Assembly: GCA_963666925.2 (NCBI GenBank)
Contig: CAXXTC010000002.1
Span: 1-64,000, forward strand
Length of the DNA: 64,000 bases
Direction of reading: 5' to 3'
DNA from: Phycisphaerae bacterium
GTDB lineage: Bacteria; Planctomycetota; Phycisphaerae; UBA1845; Fen-1342
Part shown: positions 26,816 through 39,100 of the stretch, piece after piece
How positions within the stretch are numbered: the first letter of the stretch is position 1
How the letters are laid out: each line of letters starts with the position of its first letter
Program-made: the position numbers and the translations under genes
The notes under the pieces: model-generated
Told to the model about the DNA's origin: nothing
Databases searched by the model: none
What the model saw: only the letters and a program-made list of their open reading frames with translations

Positions 26816-28846
26816 ATGACACGAACTCAACTGCGGCTAATGGTTGCGTCGCTCCTGCTGGCACCGGTGCTGGTCGGCTGCGTCAGCCCACGACGGGTCA
26901 ACACGCGCACACTGCTGGGCGAGATGACCGACCTGGCGGCCCTGGCCGAGCGCCCGCAGCCATCATTCACCACGCGGCAGTTCTCCAGTTATGACCGCAA
27001 ATCGACGACGCCGGAAGATCCGGAGACGTGGTTCGCCAACCTGGACGCGGGTGAGTACCTGCGTACCGAAGAGCACGACGGGCGAACTGAGTACGTGATG
27101 ATGGACGCCGACGGCCCGGGCGCGATCGTACGCATCTGGTCGGCCAACCCGCGCGGGACGCTGCGTTTCTACCTCGATCGGGCCGAGCAGCCAACGCTGG
27201 AAGTCCCCATGGCCGACCTGCTCGGCGGACAGGCGGCGGGTTTTCCGGAGCCGCTCGCGGGCCGGCGCGGCATGGGGTGGAACCTGTACTTCCCGATCCC
27301 CTACACGCGGCACTGCAAAGTCACCAACGACGACCTGGTCGGCCAGCAGCACCGCGTCTACTACCACATCAACTACCGCACGTACCCGCTCGGCGCCCGC
27401 GTCGAAACCTTCAAGCCCAAGGATCTCGAGGAACTGGTCGACGAGATCTCCCGGGTGGCCGCCAGCTTGAGCCATCCGCGACTCGCGGCCGGGCCATCTG
27501 CCGACGCGAAATCTGACCGGACACTCTCGACCGCCGTCGATCTGCGCGCCGGCGAGGCGGTCGTGTTACAGGAGCTGCGCACGTCTGACGGCGCCGCTAT
27601 CACCGATCTGCGGTTTCTCTGCTCGCCCGACGACCTGCCGGAGGCGCTCCGCGAGATTCTGCTCACTATCGAGTTTGACGGGCAAGCCACCGTGCGCTGC
27701 CCGCTGGGCGATTTCTTCGGCACCGTGCCGGGGACCAACGCGTACGAGTCGCTGCCGCTGGGCGTCACGCCCGCCGGCGTTATGTGGTCGCACTGGATCA
27801 TGCCGTACCAGAAATCGGCCGTGATCAAGGTGCACAACACGTCGTCGCAGACGGTGCGGCTGGCACACGCGGTGACCGTCACGCCGCACAAGTGGGCGCG
27901 CGACACGATGTACTTCAACGCGCGCTGGAAGATCGCCCGCAACGTGCCAACGCGGCCCTTCTCCGACTGGAACTACGTGACGATCGACGGGGCCGGCGTG
28001 TTTGTCGGGGCGGCCTGCTCCATCGCCAATCCGGTGCGCGCCTGGTGGGGCGAGGGCGACGAGAAAATCTACGTCGACAACGAGGAATTCCCCAGCCATT
28101 TCGGCACCGGCACCGAGGACTACTTCGGCTATGCCTGGTGTAGCAACCAAACCTTCAGCCACGCCTATCACAACCAGCCGCGCTGCGACGGGCCGTGGAA
28201 CTACGGCTGGACCGCGGTCAATCGCTGGGACATCCTCGATTGCATTCCGTTCCACAAACACTTCCGCTTAGACATGGAGATCTGGCACTGGGATCCGCAG
28301 CAGCCGATCCGCGAAATCGCAGCGGCCACGTATTGGTACGCCCGCCCGGGTGCGACGTGTGAGCATGAGGAGCTGACCGATTCGGACCTATCGCTGACCA
28401 ACCTGCCGCCGTATGAGCCGCCCCGCATCGCGGGTGCCATCGAGGCGGAAGCATTGGCGCACGAAGTCTCGGCCGGCGTCGTGGAGCAGCAAACCATCAT
28501 GGGCTGTAGCGACGACCAGCACCTCTGGTGGCACAACGCAGGTCCGGAAGCGAGCATGAAGTTGACCTTCGCCGCTCCGGCCGCGAGTTCGTACCAGGTG
28601 TTTGCACGGTTCGTCCGCGCCGCAGATTACGGGCAGATCCGCGTGTCTGTTAATGATGAGGTCAGGCCCGAGCCGCTGGACCTGTACCACGATCGCGTAC
28701 GCGTCTCCGACGAGGACCTCCTCGGCGTATTCAACCTAAAGGCCACGGACAACGTGCTGCTGATCGAGATCACCGGTGCCAATCCGCAGGCCATCCCCGG
28801 CTACATGGTCGGCATAGACTATCTCCGGCTCGTGCCGGTGGAGTAG
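26816..28846 (+). CDS. DUF2961 / GH172-family lipoprotein
   Basis: Lipobox LVGC; QFSSYDR, GPGAIVRIWSANP, PLGDFFG, WWGEGDEKIYVD, FGTGTEDYFGYAW. Confidence 0.88.
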   Translation: MTRTQLRLMVASLLLAPVLVGCVSPRRVNTRTLLGEMTDLAALAERPQPSFTTRQFSSYDRKSTTPEDPETWFANLDAGEYLRTEEHDGRTEYVMMDADGPGAIVRIWSANPRGTLRFYLDRAEQPTLEVPMADLLGGQAAGFPEPLAGRRGMGWNLYFPIPYTRHCKVTNDDLVGQQHRVYYHINYRTYPLGARVETFKPKDLEELVDEISRVAASLSHPRLAAGPSADAKSDRTLSTAVDLRAGEAVVLQELRTSDGAAITDLRFLCSPDDLPEALREILLTIEFDGQATVRCPLGDFFGTVPGTNAYESLPLGVTPAGVMWSHWIMPYQKSAVIKVHNTSSQTVRLAHAVTVTPHKWARDTMYFNARWKIARNVPTRPFSDWNYVTIDGAGVFVGAACSIANPVRAWWGEGDEKIYVDNEEFPSHFGTGTEDYFGYAWCSNQTFSHAYHNQPRCDGPWNYGWTAVNRWDILDCIPFHKHFRLDMEIWHWDPQQPIREIAAATYWYARPGATCEHEELTDSDLSLTNLPPYEPPRIAGAIEAEALAHEVSAGVVEQQTIMGCSDDQHLWWHNAGPEASMKLTFAAPAASSYQVFARFVRAADYGQIRVSVNDEVRPEPLDLYHDRVRVSDEDLLGVFNLKATDNVLLIEITGANPQAIPGYMVGIDYLRLVPVE

Positions 28847-29023
28847 CCGAACGCGGATTGGTAACCCCGGCCATGCTGCTACCCCACCACCATCACCGGA
28901 ACGGATTACGAAAACTGATCAAGGGGGTAACTTAACCAATAATGGGGGAATTGCTGACAGTTATTACCTCATTCATATTTAAGCTACTTGGTAATTACGG
29001 ACAAGTGTACAGGTACGCCGGTG

Positions 29024-30766
29024 TCAGGGAGCCGACGTTGGATGTACCAAGCTCCGTTTGCTGGCCTTGACCTGCTCTAGGTATTCGGTCATATCGCGAT
29101 CGCCGGCCGCCTGGGCCAGGTCGCGGCGCTTGAAGATGAAGATGCTGCCGAAGCCGGGAATCTCCCGCACAAACTGGTAGTGCTCGTCGATCCACGGGCC
29201 GAGCTGAAACTCGGACGTTAGCGCGTCACGCACCAGCCCCTGCATCCAGAAATAGTCGCCGGAACTGATGACGATCAGCGCCGGCGGGTCCTGGCGCAGC
29301 TCATGCTCCATCTCGTCGACCACGAACCGCGCACCGCCCTTGACCTGCCCAACCTTCTCGGTCGTCGCAAATCGGCACGCGTTCACCCGCCGCGCGTGCA
29401 GGTATACGCCGGGCATGTAGCCGAAGCACTGGATCCGGTCTTCGGGCGTGGTCAGTTCGGCGACAGCCTCGCCGACGACTTCCCACTCGGCCCGGCGGCC
29501 CTGCTCGAACCGGAAGACCCACAGCTTGGACATCTCGCGCCACTGCGATACCAGTGCCCCCCACGCGAAATAGGCCAGTAAGACAAACGCCACCGTCACC
29601 CAGGCACGCTGCTGCAAACGCTGCAACAGCCGGGTTTCCGCCCGCAGCACGTTGACCAGGTAGCCGGCCATCAGCAGCAGCGGCGGAATCGCCGGGACGA
29701 GATAGTGCCGAAACGCGTGCGGACTGAGCGTCGCACCATAGGCCGCCACGAACGTCCACAGACCGAACAGCAGCAGCCCTTTGGGGCACACGGAGCGCTG
29801 CTCGCGCAGCGGCTGCTCGATCTCGGGTGGGCGGTACAGCGGGCGCAGCCACCACAGGAAGCCGTGAATAACCGCCGTCACTGCCATCAGGATCGGCACC
29901 AACAGGATCGGCTGCACATGCTTTTCGAGCAGCTTGTAGTTAGCAAAGTTATATGGGAATTCAGTCTCGCCGATATCGAAGTAGGCGCGGTTGAACTCGA
30001 AAACGGCGAACAGCGCCGCGTCCAGCGCACCGCGCGCTGCGAGCACGGCGGCCGCCCCGCCGATGGTCGTCGCCGCCCCGACCAGCATCAACAGGCCGCG
30101 CACCACGCCGGCGCGCACCGGCAGGTCGCGGAAAGCCATCAACAGGATAAGATGCAGCCCCATGCAGCCCCAGCCGGCCAGCCCAACCTGTTTGAACAGG
30201 AACGCGATGCCGCAAAACGCGCCGGCCAGGTACCACTTCCACCAGCGATCGCGCGCAAAGCCGCGCATATAGAACGCTGCCCCGACCATCTCGAACGCGA
30301 TCAGGAACGTCTCGGTACGATTGGTTCCGCCGGTGTAGTAGGCGTGAGTGACGTAAAACGCGAGCAGGATGGTCGTGAGAGCGGCGGCGCTGCGGTGATA
30401 TACCGCTGAGGCAACGAAGAAGAAAGCCGCGTGCGTAACGGCGAGTGCCAGCGCACAGAGCGCAATCACACCCAGGTAGCTGCCGCCGCCGATGAACATG
30501 CCGAGCGCGTTGATCCAGTAAATGCCCGGCGGCTTGTTGTCCCAAACGTCGAGGTAGACGGTGGCGCCGTGGTCGATGCGCCAGCCGAAGAAACCGAACA
30601 TCTGGTCGTCGACAACGTCCGTGCGATACCAGGCGATGACCTGCGACAGGGCAATCAGCGGGGTAACGATGACGACCATCACCAGGATGAGCACCCAGAG
30701 AGGCGCGCCGGACGCACCGCGCGATCCGTCATTGGGCAGAGGCGATGGGGTCACGTTGGTCATCAT
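29024..30766 (-). CDS. GT-C fold membrane glycosyltransferase (ArnT/PMT_2-like)
   Basis: DD after TM1, YLDVWDNKPPGIY, TETF, FLFKQ, HY; many TMs. Confidence 0.8.
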   Translation of the reverse strand: MMTNVTPSPLPNDGSRGASGAPLWVLILVMVVIVTPLIALSQVIAWYRTDVVDDQMFGFFGWRIDHGATVYLDVWDNKPPGIYWINALGMFIGGGSYLGVIALCALALAVTHAAFFFVASAVYHRSAAALTTILLAFYVTHAYYTGGTNRTETFLIAFEMVGAAFYMRGFARDRWWKWYLAGAFCGIAFLFKQVGLAGWGCMGLHLILLMAFRDLPVRAGVVRGLLMLVGAATTIGGAAAVLAARGALDAALFAVFEFNRAYFDIGETEFPYNFANYKLLEKHVQPILLVPILMAVTAVIHGFLWWLRPLYRPPEIEQPLREQRSVCPKGLLLFGLWTFVAAYGATLSPHAFRHYLVPAIPPLLLMAGYLVNVLRAETRLLQRLQQRAWVTVAFVLLAYFAWGALVSQWREMSKLWVFRFEQGRRAEWEVVGEAVAELTTPEDRIQCFGYMPGVYLHARRVNACRFATTEKVGQVKGGARFVVDEMEHELRQDPPALIVISSGDYFWMQGLVRDALTSEFQLGPWIDEHYQFVREIPGFGSIFIFKRRDLAQAAGDRDMTEYLEQVKASKRSLVHPTSAP

Positions 30767-30817
30767 CGAAGCGAAGGTCTGGTGCTCACCACGTTCCCCG
30801 AGAAAATCCCGCTGAAT

Positions 30818-30955
30818 CACGTGCTATTAGCCCGTGCCACACTGTTCTGTTAGTGCATCTTTTCATCAGTTCCACATCATCACAAGTGGAGCGGGCGTCC
30901 CGCCCGCCATGCCTCGATGGCCGAACGATAACAGCGGGCGAGACGCCCACTCCAC
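30818..30955. repeat. REP C plus inverted A/A doublet (REPIN-like)
   Basis: C 30818-30840; A 30886-30908 and inverted A 30933-30955 with a 24-nt spacer. Confidence 0.8.
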
Positions 30956-30998
30956 CTCTCATAAGATGCAAACAGCGAGAGAAACTACGCCAGTGGCT

Positions 30999-31742
<744 letters not shown>

Positions 31743-31768
31743 CTCGTTCTCCAATCGGCCCGCGCGTC

Positions 31769-32119
31769 TCAGGCACACTGCTCCGGAGCGGGAATCAGAC
31801 ACAGAAACTCCAGCGGCTCGCCGCCCGTGCATACGAACTGGTGCTTTTCATTGGGCGGCATCCAGACTACGTCGCCGGCCCGACAGGCCCGCTCGCCTTC
31901 CGTCCCCTTCACCGTACCCTGGCCCTTCAGGATCAGCACTTCATGTTCGTAATCATGAGCATGGTGCGGCGTGTGACCGCCCGGCTGAACCTCGAAGTGA
32001 CGCATGTGAAAAACGTCGGCCCCATCCTGCGGGCCGATGAGCATGCGCATCTTCACCTGCTCCGCGTCCGGCAGGTCCACCGACTTCTGCTCGTGCTCAC
32101 TGATCGGCTTAACTTTCAT
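31769..32119 (-). CDS. Cupin-domain protein
   Basis: PGGHTPHHAHDYEHE and GDVVWMPPNEKH metal-binding motifs. Confidence 0.88.
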   Translation of the reverse strand: MKVKPISEHEQKSVDLPDAEQVKMRMLIGPQDGADVFHMRHFEVQPGGHTPHHAHDYEHEVLILKGQGTVKGTEGERACRAGDVVWMPPNEKHQFVCTGGEPLEFLCLIPAPEQCA

Positions 32120-32162
32120 CCCATAACCTCTGCTGATGCTGGCTGTCGGGTGACATACCGGG

Positions 32163-32627
32163 CTAGTCTCCACCGCTGATGATCCACGTATCAGTAACAC
32201 GCTTGTAGCTGACGATCTCCTCCGGGCGGAAGAACAGCTCGATCTCCTTGCGAGCGGTGTCGGGTCCGTCGCTGGCATGCACCAGGTTGTACTGCTGGTC
32301 TAGGCCGAAATCTCCGCGGATCGTACCCGGGGCGGCCTTGGCACCGTGCGTCGCGCCGAGCAGCGCCCGCACCACCTCGATCGCGCCAGGACCCTCCAGA
32401 ACCGCCAGGATGACCGGCCCACTGGTCATGAAATCGACCAGCGACTGATAAAACGGCCGCTCCCGGTGGACGGCGTAATGCTGCTCGACCTGCGGCCGCG
32501 GCGATTGCTGCAACTTCAACGCCGCCACACGCAGCCCCTTGTCCTCAAAACGAGCCAGAATACGCCCGACCAACTGACGGTGCAGGGTGTCCGGCTTGAA
32601 GATGATCAAAGTTCGCTCGTATTCCAT
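32163..32627 (-). CDS. ndk: Nucleoside diphosphate kinase
   Basis: ERTLIIFKPD, PGTIRGDFG, NLVHASD (catalytic His). Confidence 0.96.
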   Translation of the reverse strand: MEYERTLIIFKPDTLHRQLVGRILARFEDKGLRVAALKLQQSPRPQVEQHYAVHRERPFYQSLVDFMTSGPVILAVLEGPGAIEVVRALLGATHGAKAAPGTIRGDFGLDQQYNLVHASDGPDTARKEIELFFRPEEIVSYKRVTDTWIISGGD

Positions 32628-32703
32628 CGTTGCTCCTGAATCGTTACTCTGAGGCGGTGATTCTAACGACGCCGGGGGCGAAGACCAAGGAACCGCGTCT
32701 CAG

Positions 32704-33633
32704 ATGTCCGGCCCGCCCTACCGAGTTCAACATCACCACGCCCCGCAGCAAAAACTGCTGCGAATGGCGGCCGCGCTGATTATCACCGTCGGCGTGTTGA
32801 GCACAGTCGGCTGCCACACACCCGGCAGTCGGCTGACATGCGGACAGCGCGCCGTCGCCGAGGCGGCCCGCCCCATACTCGAGCTCGACCCGAACGCATC
32901 ATGGACCGAGTGTTTCAATCGGCTCGTCGATCTGGGCCCAGAGAGCATCCACTATCTGGCGCAGCACGAGTCGCTAGCCCGCCCGGCGGCTCCGGACGAC
33001 CTGCGTGTGATGGTGCACCTGTCGCTGCTGCGTTGCCTGGCCAATCCCGCCGCCGCACCGCCCGATCTCAGCGCCACCGCACTGGAAACCACACTGGACG
33101 TGTTGCATTTTGATATTAAGGTCGGAGGCCGGGAGATCGGGCGGATCGTACAGGCCGAGCCGAGCCTGCCCTACCGCTGGCACGAGCTCTATCCGGTGAG
33201 TTTCAATCATGCACTGGCGGCCCAGATCAACGTGGAGCGAGATCGGGTTGCGTTGTTGGAATGGTACGCAGCCCATCGCAATGCGCCCTACACGCTTGCC
33301 CACGGGCAGCGTCTCCGTCCAGAGCTGGCGAGCCTGTGGCGGGTGCTGGCGCGGGGTTATGCGGACGCGTGGCTGTATCAGCCTGAGCCGGGGGCGGTGT
33401 TGTGTGCCGCCGGCCCGCCACGCGAGCCGGTGCTACTCCAGATGCAGACGTGGGATTACAACCTGGTGCGTGCAGTTTGCATCTGGCTGGGACAATGCAT
33501 GGATGTCGGCGTGCAGGCCCAACTGGTGGAACTTGTTGGCAGCCCGGTGCCGGTGGTTTCATATAATGCACGTTTTGCGTTGCACTATTCCAACGACAAG
33601 CGTATCCGCGAGATTCTCGTTAAGTACGAGTGA
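32704..33633 (+). CDS. Hypothetical lipoprotein (helical, HEAT-like)
   Basis: Hydrophobic stretch ending in TVGC; long ORF divergent from ndk. Alternative ATG at 32764. Confidence 0.6.
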   Translation: MSGPPYRVQHHHAPQQKLLRMAAALIITVGVLSTVGCHTPGSRLTCGQRAVAEAARPILELDPNASWTECFNRLVDLGPESIHYLAQHESLARPAAPDDLRVMVHLSLLRCLANPAAAPPDLSATALETTLDVLHFDIKVGGREIGRIVQAEPSLPYRWHELYPVSFNHALAAQINVERDRVALLEWYAAHRNAPYTLAHGQRLRPELASLWRVLARGYADAWLYQPEPGAVLCAAGPPREPVLLQMQTWDYNLVRAVCIWLGQCMDVGVQAQLVELVGSPVPVVSYNARFALHYSNDKRIREILVKYE

Positions 33634-33953
33634 ATATTCGGTCAGACCGACAAAGCCGTAAGTTCCACACCGGCAAGCGCAAAAAAGAGGGGCGGACGTC
33701 GGTGGGCGCCGGGGGAAACGCCGCTGCCGAGCGTACCGCCCCAGGTTCAGGTGGCACTTGCTCGAAGGCCAGTGAGTGACTGACCTCGGATTGGATAATA
33801 GACCTGATTGGGCCGGATGCAAGGACGAGATGCCCTCAAAATCTCTGAAACCGCTTTGTGGAGGTTCCTTAGGGTTGCCCACTAAAGACGGGCGTGGTAT
33901 TCTTCAAGGCTACAATTGCCATCCGTCGGCAAGGCCGCGGGTGGCTCATTGGC

Positions 33954-34036
33954 GGGCGTGTGACCGAGAGGCCAATGGTGACGGGCTGTAAACCCGTTGG
34001 GGAAACCCTTCGCTGGTTCGAATCCAGCCGCGCCCA
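33954..34036 (+). tRNA. tRNA-Tyr (anticodon GTA)
   Basis: GGGCGTG/CGCGCCC acceptor stem, acggg-CT GTA AA-cccgt anticodon arm, variable arm, GGTTCGAATCC. CCA not encoded. Confidence 0.95.
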
Positions 34037-34038
34037 TC

Positions 34039-34065
34039 AACCCCCGAGCCTGTCTCGGGGGTTTT
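34039..34065 (+). terminator. Intrinsic terminator after tRNA-Tyr
   Basis: aacccccgag-cctgt-ctcgggggtt followed by T's. Confidence 0.75.
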
Positions 34066-34367
34066 GATATCATCATCTCAAAATAGGGGCCGTCACGTAG
34101 CCCGCGAGCGTACCGGCGATGGGACAACATTCTTTTTGAGAACAACGTTGTCAATCTTAGGTCGATGCCGGCCGGGGTTGCTGATGCGACTGCGAGTGGA
34201 CCACGTCCTGCCGGTTTGGCGGGGGCCGAACGGCCAGTTACACTACCCCCATGACCCGGTTGCGGACCGTCGCCAGGATCGGCCGCCAACCGACGCGAGA
34301 GAGACTGTCAGAACGCGACCACGCTCTCTATTGGACCCTCGGCACCTGCCAACTCGGGGTAGCAACC

Positions 34368-36101
34368 ATGAACATGAACAGGAAGTTGCGATCGTTACTG
34401 ATGGTGATGGGCGTGGCGGCGGCATCGCTCACTGACCTCGCCAGCGGCATGGACGAACCACCCTCAAAGGTGCCGATCACCATCTCCCGCGAGACAACGT
34501 ACGTCACCGATCCGCCGCTCTACCCCGACGGCACGGTCGATTACATCGCATACCTGGATCAGTATTTCGGCCGGGGAGTCACGCGGGAGAACAATGCCGC
34601 GGTGGTGCTGTTCCCGCTACAGGAGTTCGACCCGCTGTTCTCACTCCAGGAGTTCGACCCGGAGCGCAAGCGACAAGCGACCGCGCGAGCACTCGGCCTG
34701 ACGGACGCCGACAACACGCCAATCAACTTCGTTTCGTTTGAGGAGCACTTCAAAGCGAATGCCCCGCCCGAAGATCGCGACCCGAAACTCGGTCCGCTGG
34801 ACCCCGAGAGCAAAGAGCTGATCGAGGGCGCGAATCTGCCTGAGGACTTGAAGAAGGAGCTGTCGCGGGCTCTGTCGCCGCAAACCCATGAAGCCTGGGA
34901 CCAGGCGCGTGACCGCCTGTACGAAGCGCGAAAACGCCCGTGGACGGCGGATGAGTTTCCGCTGGTGGCGAGTTGGCTGGACGCCAATCGCCCGACGCTC
35001 AACCTCCTGCGGCAGGCGGCGACCAGGGAGCGCTTGTTCATTCCCTGCGTCAGCGACGGTAGGCCTGCGTATCTGCTGTCCAGCATACCGTGGTGCTATC
35101 CCAACAACATAAACCGGGGGGACATCATATTAGCCAGCGCGATGCGCGCCGCCGGCACCGGAAACATCGACCAAGCATTGGATGAACTGCTAATCTGCCG
35201 CCATATTGGCCGGCTGTACTACGATCGGGGGTTCTTTCTCGCCACCGCGGCGGGACTGAAACAGAACTACCATGCTGCGGCCGCGGAGCGAATGCTGTTG
35301 GACCAGATGAGCACCGAACAGATCCGGGAGCGTATCGAGCAGCTCGAGCAATTCACTGAACTCCCGGCCGACTGGCACAACAGCTACCTCGTCGAGCGGC
35401 TTGCCAGCTTGGACTGCGCTACTTCTCTCGCCCGGGTTTTGCATGGGCAATTCGACAAGTACCTGGGCAACATTGGCCTGAGTGCGGAGCAACTGAAAAG
35501 GATGCGCGTCGACTACGACGCGATTCTGCGACGCACAAACGCGGTTTACGACCAGGTCGAGGCAGCACTGAACCAGGACAGCTACCGGAAACAGCACGAA
35601 GCCCTGCGTGCGGTCGATGAGCAGGTCGAACTCGTCAGCGACAGGCGGAAGGAATGGGATGACCGCGGCGGCTTCGTCGCGTACCTCAACAGCCGAGTAA
35701 TACCGCACCTATCAAACCCCGAGAAGGCCAGCGCGATTATGACAGACGAACTGGCGAAAGAACGGTCTGTGATATCAGTGCCTATCTTCGCACGCCCGTG
35801 GCAAACACACACGCTGCACTGGGCTCACGGCCGCGTGACGCTGCTGGCCTTTGCCCTCACGGCCTTCAAACGTGACCAGGGGGACTATCCGAAAACACTC
35901 GCCGAACTGGTGCCCGACTACCTGAAGCAAATCCCCGCCGACCCGTTTACCGGCAAGGATTTCATCTATCACCCTGCCGCCACAACCGGCCGGCTATACA
36001 GCGTCGGCCCCAACCTAAAAGACGACGGCGGCCGCGAAGACGACGGCGCCTGGCCCAAGCCAGAAGACCCGGCCGACGCCGCTACTCCTTCGGCGGAATG
36101 A
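34368..36101 (+). CDS. Secreted hypothetical protein with pseudopilin/GspG-like C-terminal motif
   Basis: Signal peptide; ITISRETTY...DGTVDY; C-terminal YPKTLAELVPDYLKQIPADPFTG..LYSVGPNLKDDGG. Confidence 0.7.
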   Translation: MNMNRKLRSLLMVMGVAAASLTDLASGMDEPPSKVPITISRETTYVTDPPLYPDGTVDYIAYLDQYFGRGVTRENNAAVVLFPLQEFDPLFSLQEFDPERKRQATARALGLTDADNTPINFVSFEEHFKANAPPEDRDPKLGPLDPESKELIEGANLPEDLKKELSRALSPQTHEAWDQARDRLYEARKRPWTADEFPLVASWLDANRPTLNLLRQAATRERLFIPCVSDGRPAYLLSSIPWCYPNNINRGDIILASAMRAAGTGNIDQALDELLICRHIGRLYYDRGFFLATAAGLKQNYHAAAAERMLLDQMSTEQIRERIEQLEQFTELPADWHNSYLVERLASLDCATSLARVLHGQFDKYLGNIGLSAEQLKRMRVDYDAILRRTNAVYDQVEAALNQDSYRKQHEALRAVDEQVELVSDRRKEWDDRGGFVAYLNSRVIPHLSNPEKASAIMTDELAKERSVISVPIFARPWQTHTLHWAHGRVTLLAFALTAFKRDQGDYPKTLAELVPDYLKQIPADPFTGKDFIYHPAATTGRLYSVGPNLKDDGGREDDGAWPKPEDPADAATPSAE

Positions 36102-39100
36102 TGTAGCCGAACTCCAACTGGAACTCGAACATGTCGCGCAGGTCGGCGTCGGTGTCACCGTCCATGTCGGCACAGTCACACTCGCCACTCACCTCCCAGC
36201 CCGGGCCGGCCATGCACCCCTGCACAACCTGCCAGTCAACCGCATCAATCATGTAATCATCGTTGCAGTCGCCCGGAATCTCGTACGAGCCCGTCGCTAT
36301 CTCCACCTCCAGCACGTCAAACCACTCCAGCCCGGGCTCGCCGTCCTCCAGGTACAACCCCTGCCCATAAAACAAAACTTCCTTGATGAACTCAGGATTG
36401 AAGCCCTCGTCGGCATTGATGTAAGACATCAGGGACACCTCGACCGTGGTCCACTCTGCCGGCATCAGCTCCGGGTCCGGTTCAAACACCGCACCCAGCT
36501 CGGCCTGGTTACCGTCGATGTCGCGCACGGCAGCGTAAACCGTTGGCAGCCCATACTCAGCCACGGACGGGTCGACGTAGTAGCGAGCCGTGAAGTACAT
36601 CGACATGAACGGCCAGAGATACACGCTTACCGGCTCGTAGCAGGCCATGGTGATGTCCACGACCGGCCCGACCCAATAATCACTGTCGCCCGGATAAACG
36701 CGCGAGAAGGCATCGTATCCATCATCGACGAACTCGAACGACGCCGGCTCTTCGACCGTGATGGTGTCGTAGCGCTGGTCGGTCGCATCGTGCAGGTTGA
36801 TTTGTTCACCCATGGGAATCTCCACGGGGAACATCATGCCGCCATAGACATAGAACCCGTCTGACGCCGAGTCAGACAACTCGTCGTCGTCATAAAAGAC
36901 CACGGTGATGTTCGTGTAGCCGGGCGGGAAGGTGAACCAGATCTCGGGATAATCCCCGTCGTACCAGACGTCGCCGTTGATGATCCACACCCAGCGGGTG
37001 ATATCACCGTCGGGATCGTACGCCCCGGGCGTGGCCACTCGCACCGGCGCGCTGGGGCAGCCGGAGTAGATCGGTGTCATCGGCGTAGGGTAATCGGGCA
37101 CCGGCCGGTAGCCCACCTTGCAAACCCAGCAATCATCCGGGTCCCAGTTGTCGGGCGTCGAGTAAAGGCTGTCACTCAATACGTCGACCGTCACGTGATA
37201 CTCGCCGACAGCCGGGCAGAAATCCACGAGCGTAGTGTAAGCCCCGCCAAGGTAGTTCGTGGCAAACTGACCGGTATGCCCCAGAGCCTGACCGTCGCTG
37301 TACGTGGGACAACCGCCGCCATACTCATACCAATAGTCGGAATAGGCGTGATAGGTCCGTGTGAGGCGTGCGTCATTGTCGACAATGTAGACCGGCTCGC
37401 CAACCAGGTAGACGTCCTTGTCGACATGGACGCCGATTACTTCTCTGAAAGGCATGAACATACACGTTTCACCGGCTTCGGGATTGCGCCCGTTGCCGTT
37501 GATGTCCTCGCCGCCGTCGAAGTCGCCGTCGTTGTCCGAGTCGCAGTCGTTTTCGGAACGGTGGCCATCGAAATCGAAATCGGAGAACCACAGGTCGTCG
37601 TTGTCGTGCCCGCGATGGTAGCTGTCGTGGAAGGTGTAGTTGCGAATGTCGTTCTTGTCAGGGACCTCGTCTTTGTCCGTGTCGGGATCGTTCATCGAGG
37701 ATTCGAGGGCGCGAATATCCTCGTCGAAATCCATGATGCCGTCGTTGTCGCTGTCAGTGTTGACGGAGGCCTCCTGCATGCGTGCCGTCACGCCGGTGGT
37801 GGGCTGGAGCCAGACCGCGTCAAACACATTCTCGCGGTGGCGACGCCAATAAGGCGTCGGTGAACCGGCGATAACGTAGCTGAACACGTGGGGGTGATAG
37901 GGACCAAACCAGGGATCGTTCGCGTAGACGATCTGAACATCCGTCCCCGTCGGAGTCGTGAACTCGAAGTAGAAGTTCGGCACCAGGCAGTGGCCCGGAA
38001 CAGCGGCAACGAAGCAGTCGCGTTCGTCGATCCACTGCTTCATCTGGGCGAAGGTGAAATTACCCGCCCCGACATACTGATAGCTGATTGCGGCTCCGTT
38101 CAGAGCCCATGATAGCGTTGTGGTGATCTGTGGATCGCTATTGGGCCGATCGTGGCCAAGATCGCCCTCGGGCTCGGGGCGCTGGTTGTGCCAGTTTTCG
38201 TAGGCGATGCGATCCTGGCTGAGGTCGCCGCCATACTTGCCGTTGACCATCGCGATGGAGGCGGCCCAGCAGTAATTTCGGCCATGCAGACAGCCGCTGT
38301 CATCGGGGCTCTGGTCCGGATGCGGGATATCCCACGCGCACGGACCGGTCTCGGGGCAGCCGGGCCGAACCGGCGGCCCGGTCAAACTCCCCCGCTGCCG
38401 ATCGTCCCACAGGCACAGCAGCCGGGTGTCCTTGTGCTGGAACTTGAAAGGGCACGACCGGCAGAACTTCGCCTCCAGGGCCACCAGATCGCTGTTCACG
38501 ACAAACATCCACTCGGCCGCCCAGGGAGTCTCGTCGGCACCGAAGCTGGCCCGCACGCGCCAGAAGTAGACATTGTTCGACAACCCGCCGAGCAGCTCAT
38601 ACTCCGCATCCGTCAGGTCCGTAACGTCGACCACCAGGTCGGTGAAGGTGTAATCGGTCGCAATCTGGAAATCGTATCCGGTCGCACCGATCACCTCGGT
38701 CCATTCGAACAGCGTGGGCGCCGCCGTGAACACGGCTCGATTGTCCGGCGAAAGTTGAATCGGGTTCTCGACGGTGTACGCGCCATGGTGAACATAGAGC
38801 GTCAACGGCACGATGCGCCAATCGTCGGCGATGTCGTGGTCGAACCCGTCGAAGTAGCGCGCCAGCGAGTCACCATCGTCGAGGTTCTGCGTATCGACGA
38901 ACGTGCCGGCCGTCCAGATTCCCGCCGCGGCAGCATAGTCATGAGCCGATCCCGGAGCGTATGCGCCGGTCGTGTCCCAGGCGACGAAATCGACCATCGT
39001 GCTGGCGTCCGGCGCGCCCGCGTACAACGCGCACTCATCCTGCATCTGGTCAAACTCCAGCGCAGCCGAGCCGTAGTAATACGCGCCCGCGCCATCGGCA

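Noticed and set aside
24592..30766. GT-C / GH172 / GT-C as one glycan-remodelling system
   Set aside because: The genes are on different strands and separated by repeats; linkage cannot be supported from this window alone.
33954..36101. Genomic island integrated at tRNA-Tyr
   Set aside because: The tRNA is followed by an intact terminator; no integrase or duplicated 3' end was seen.
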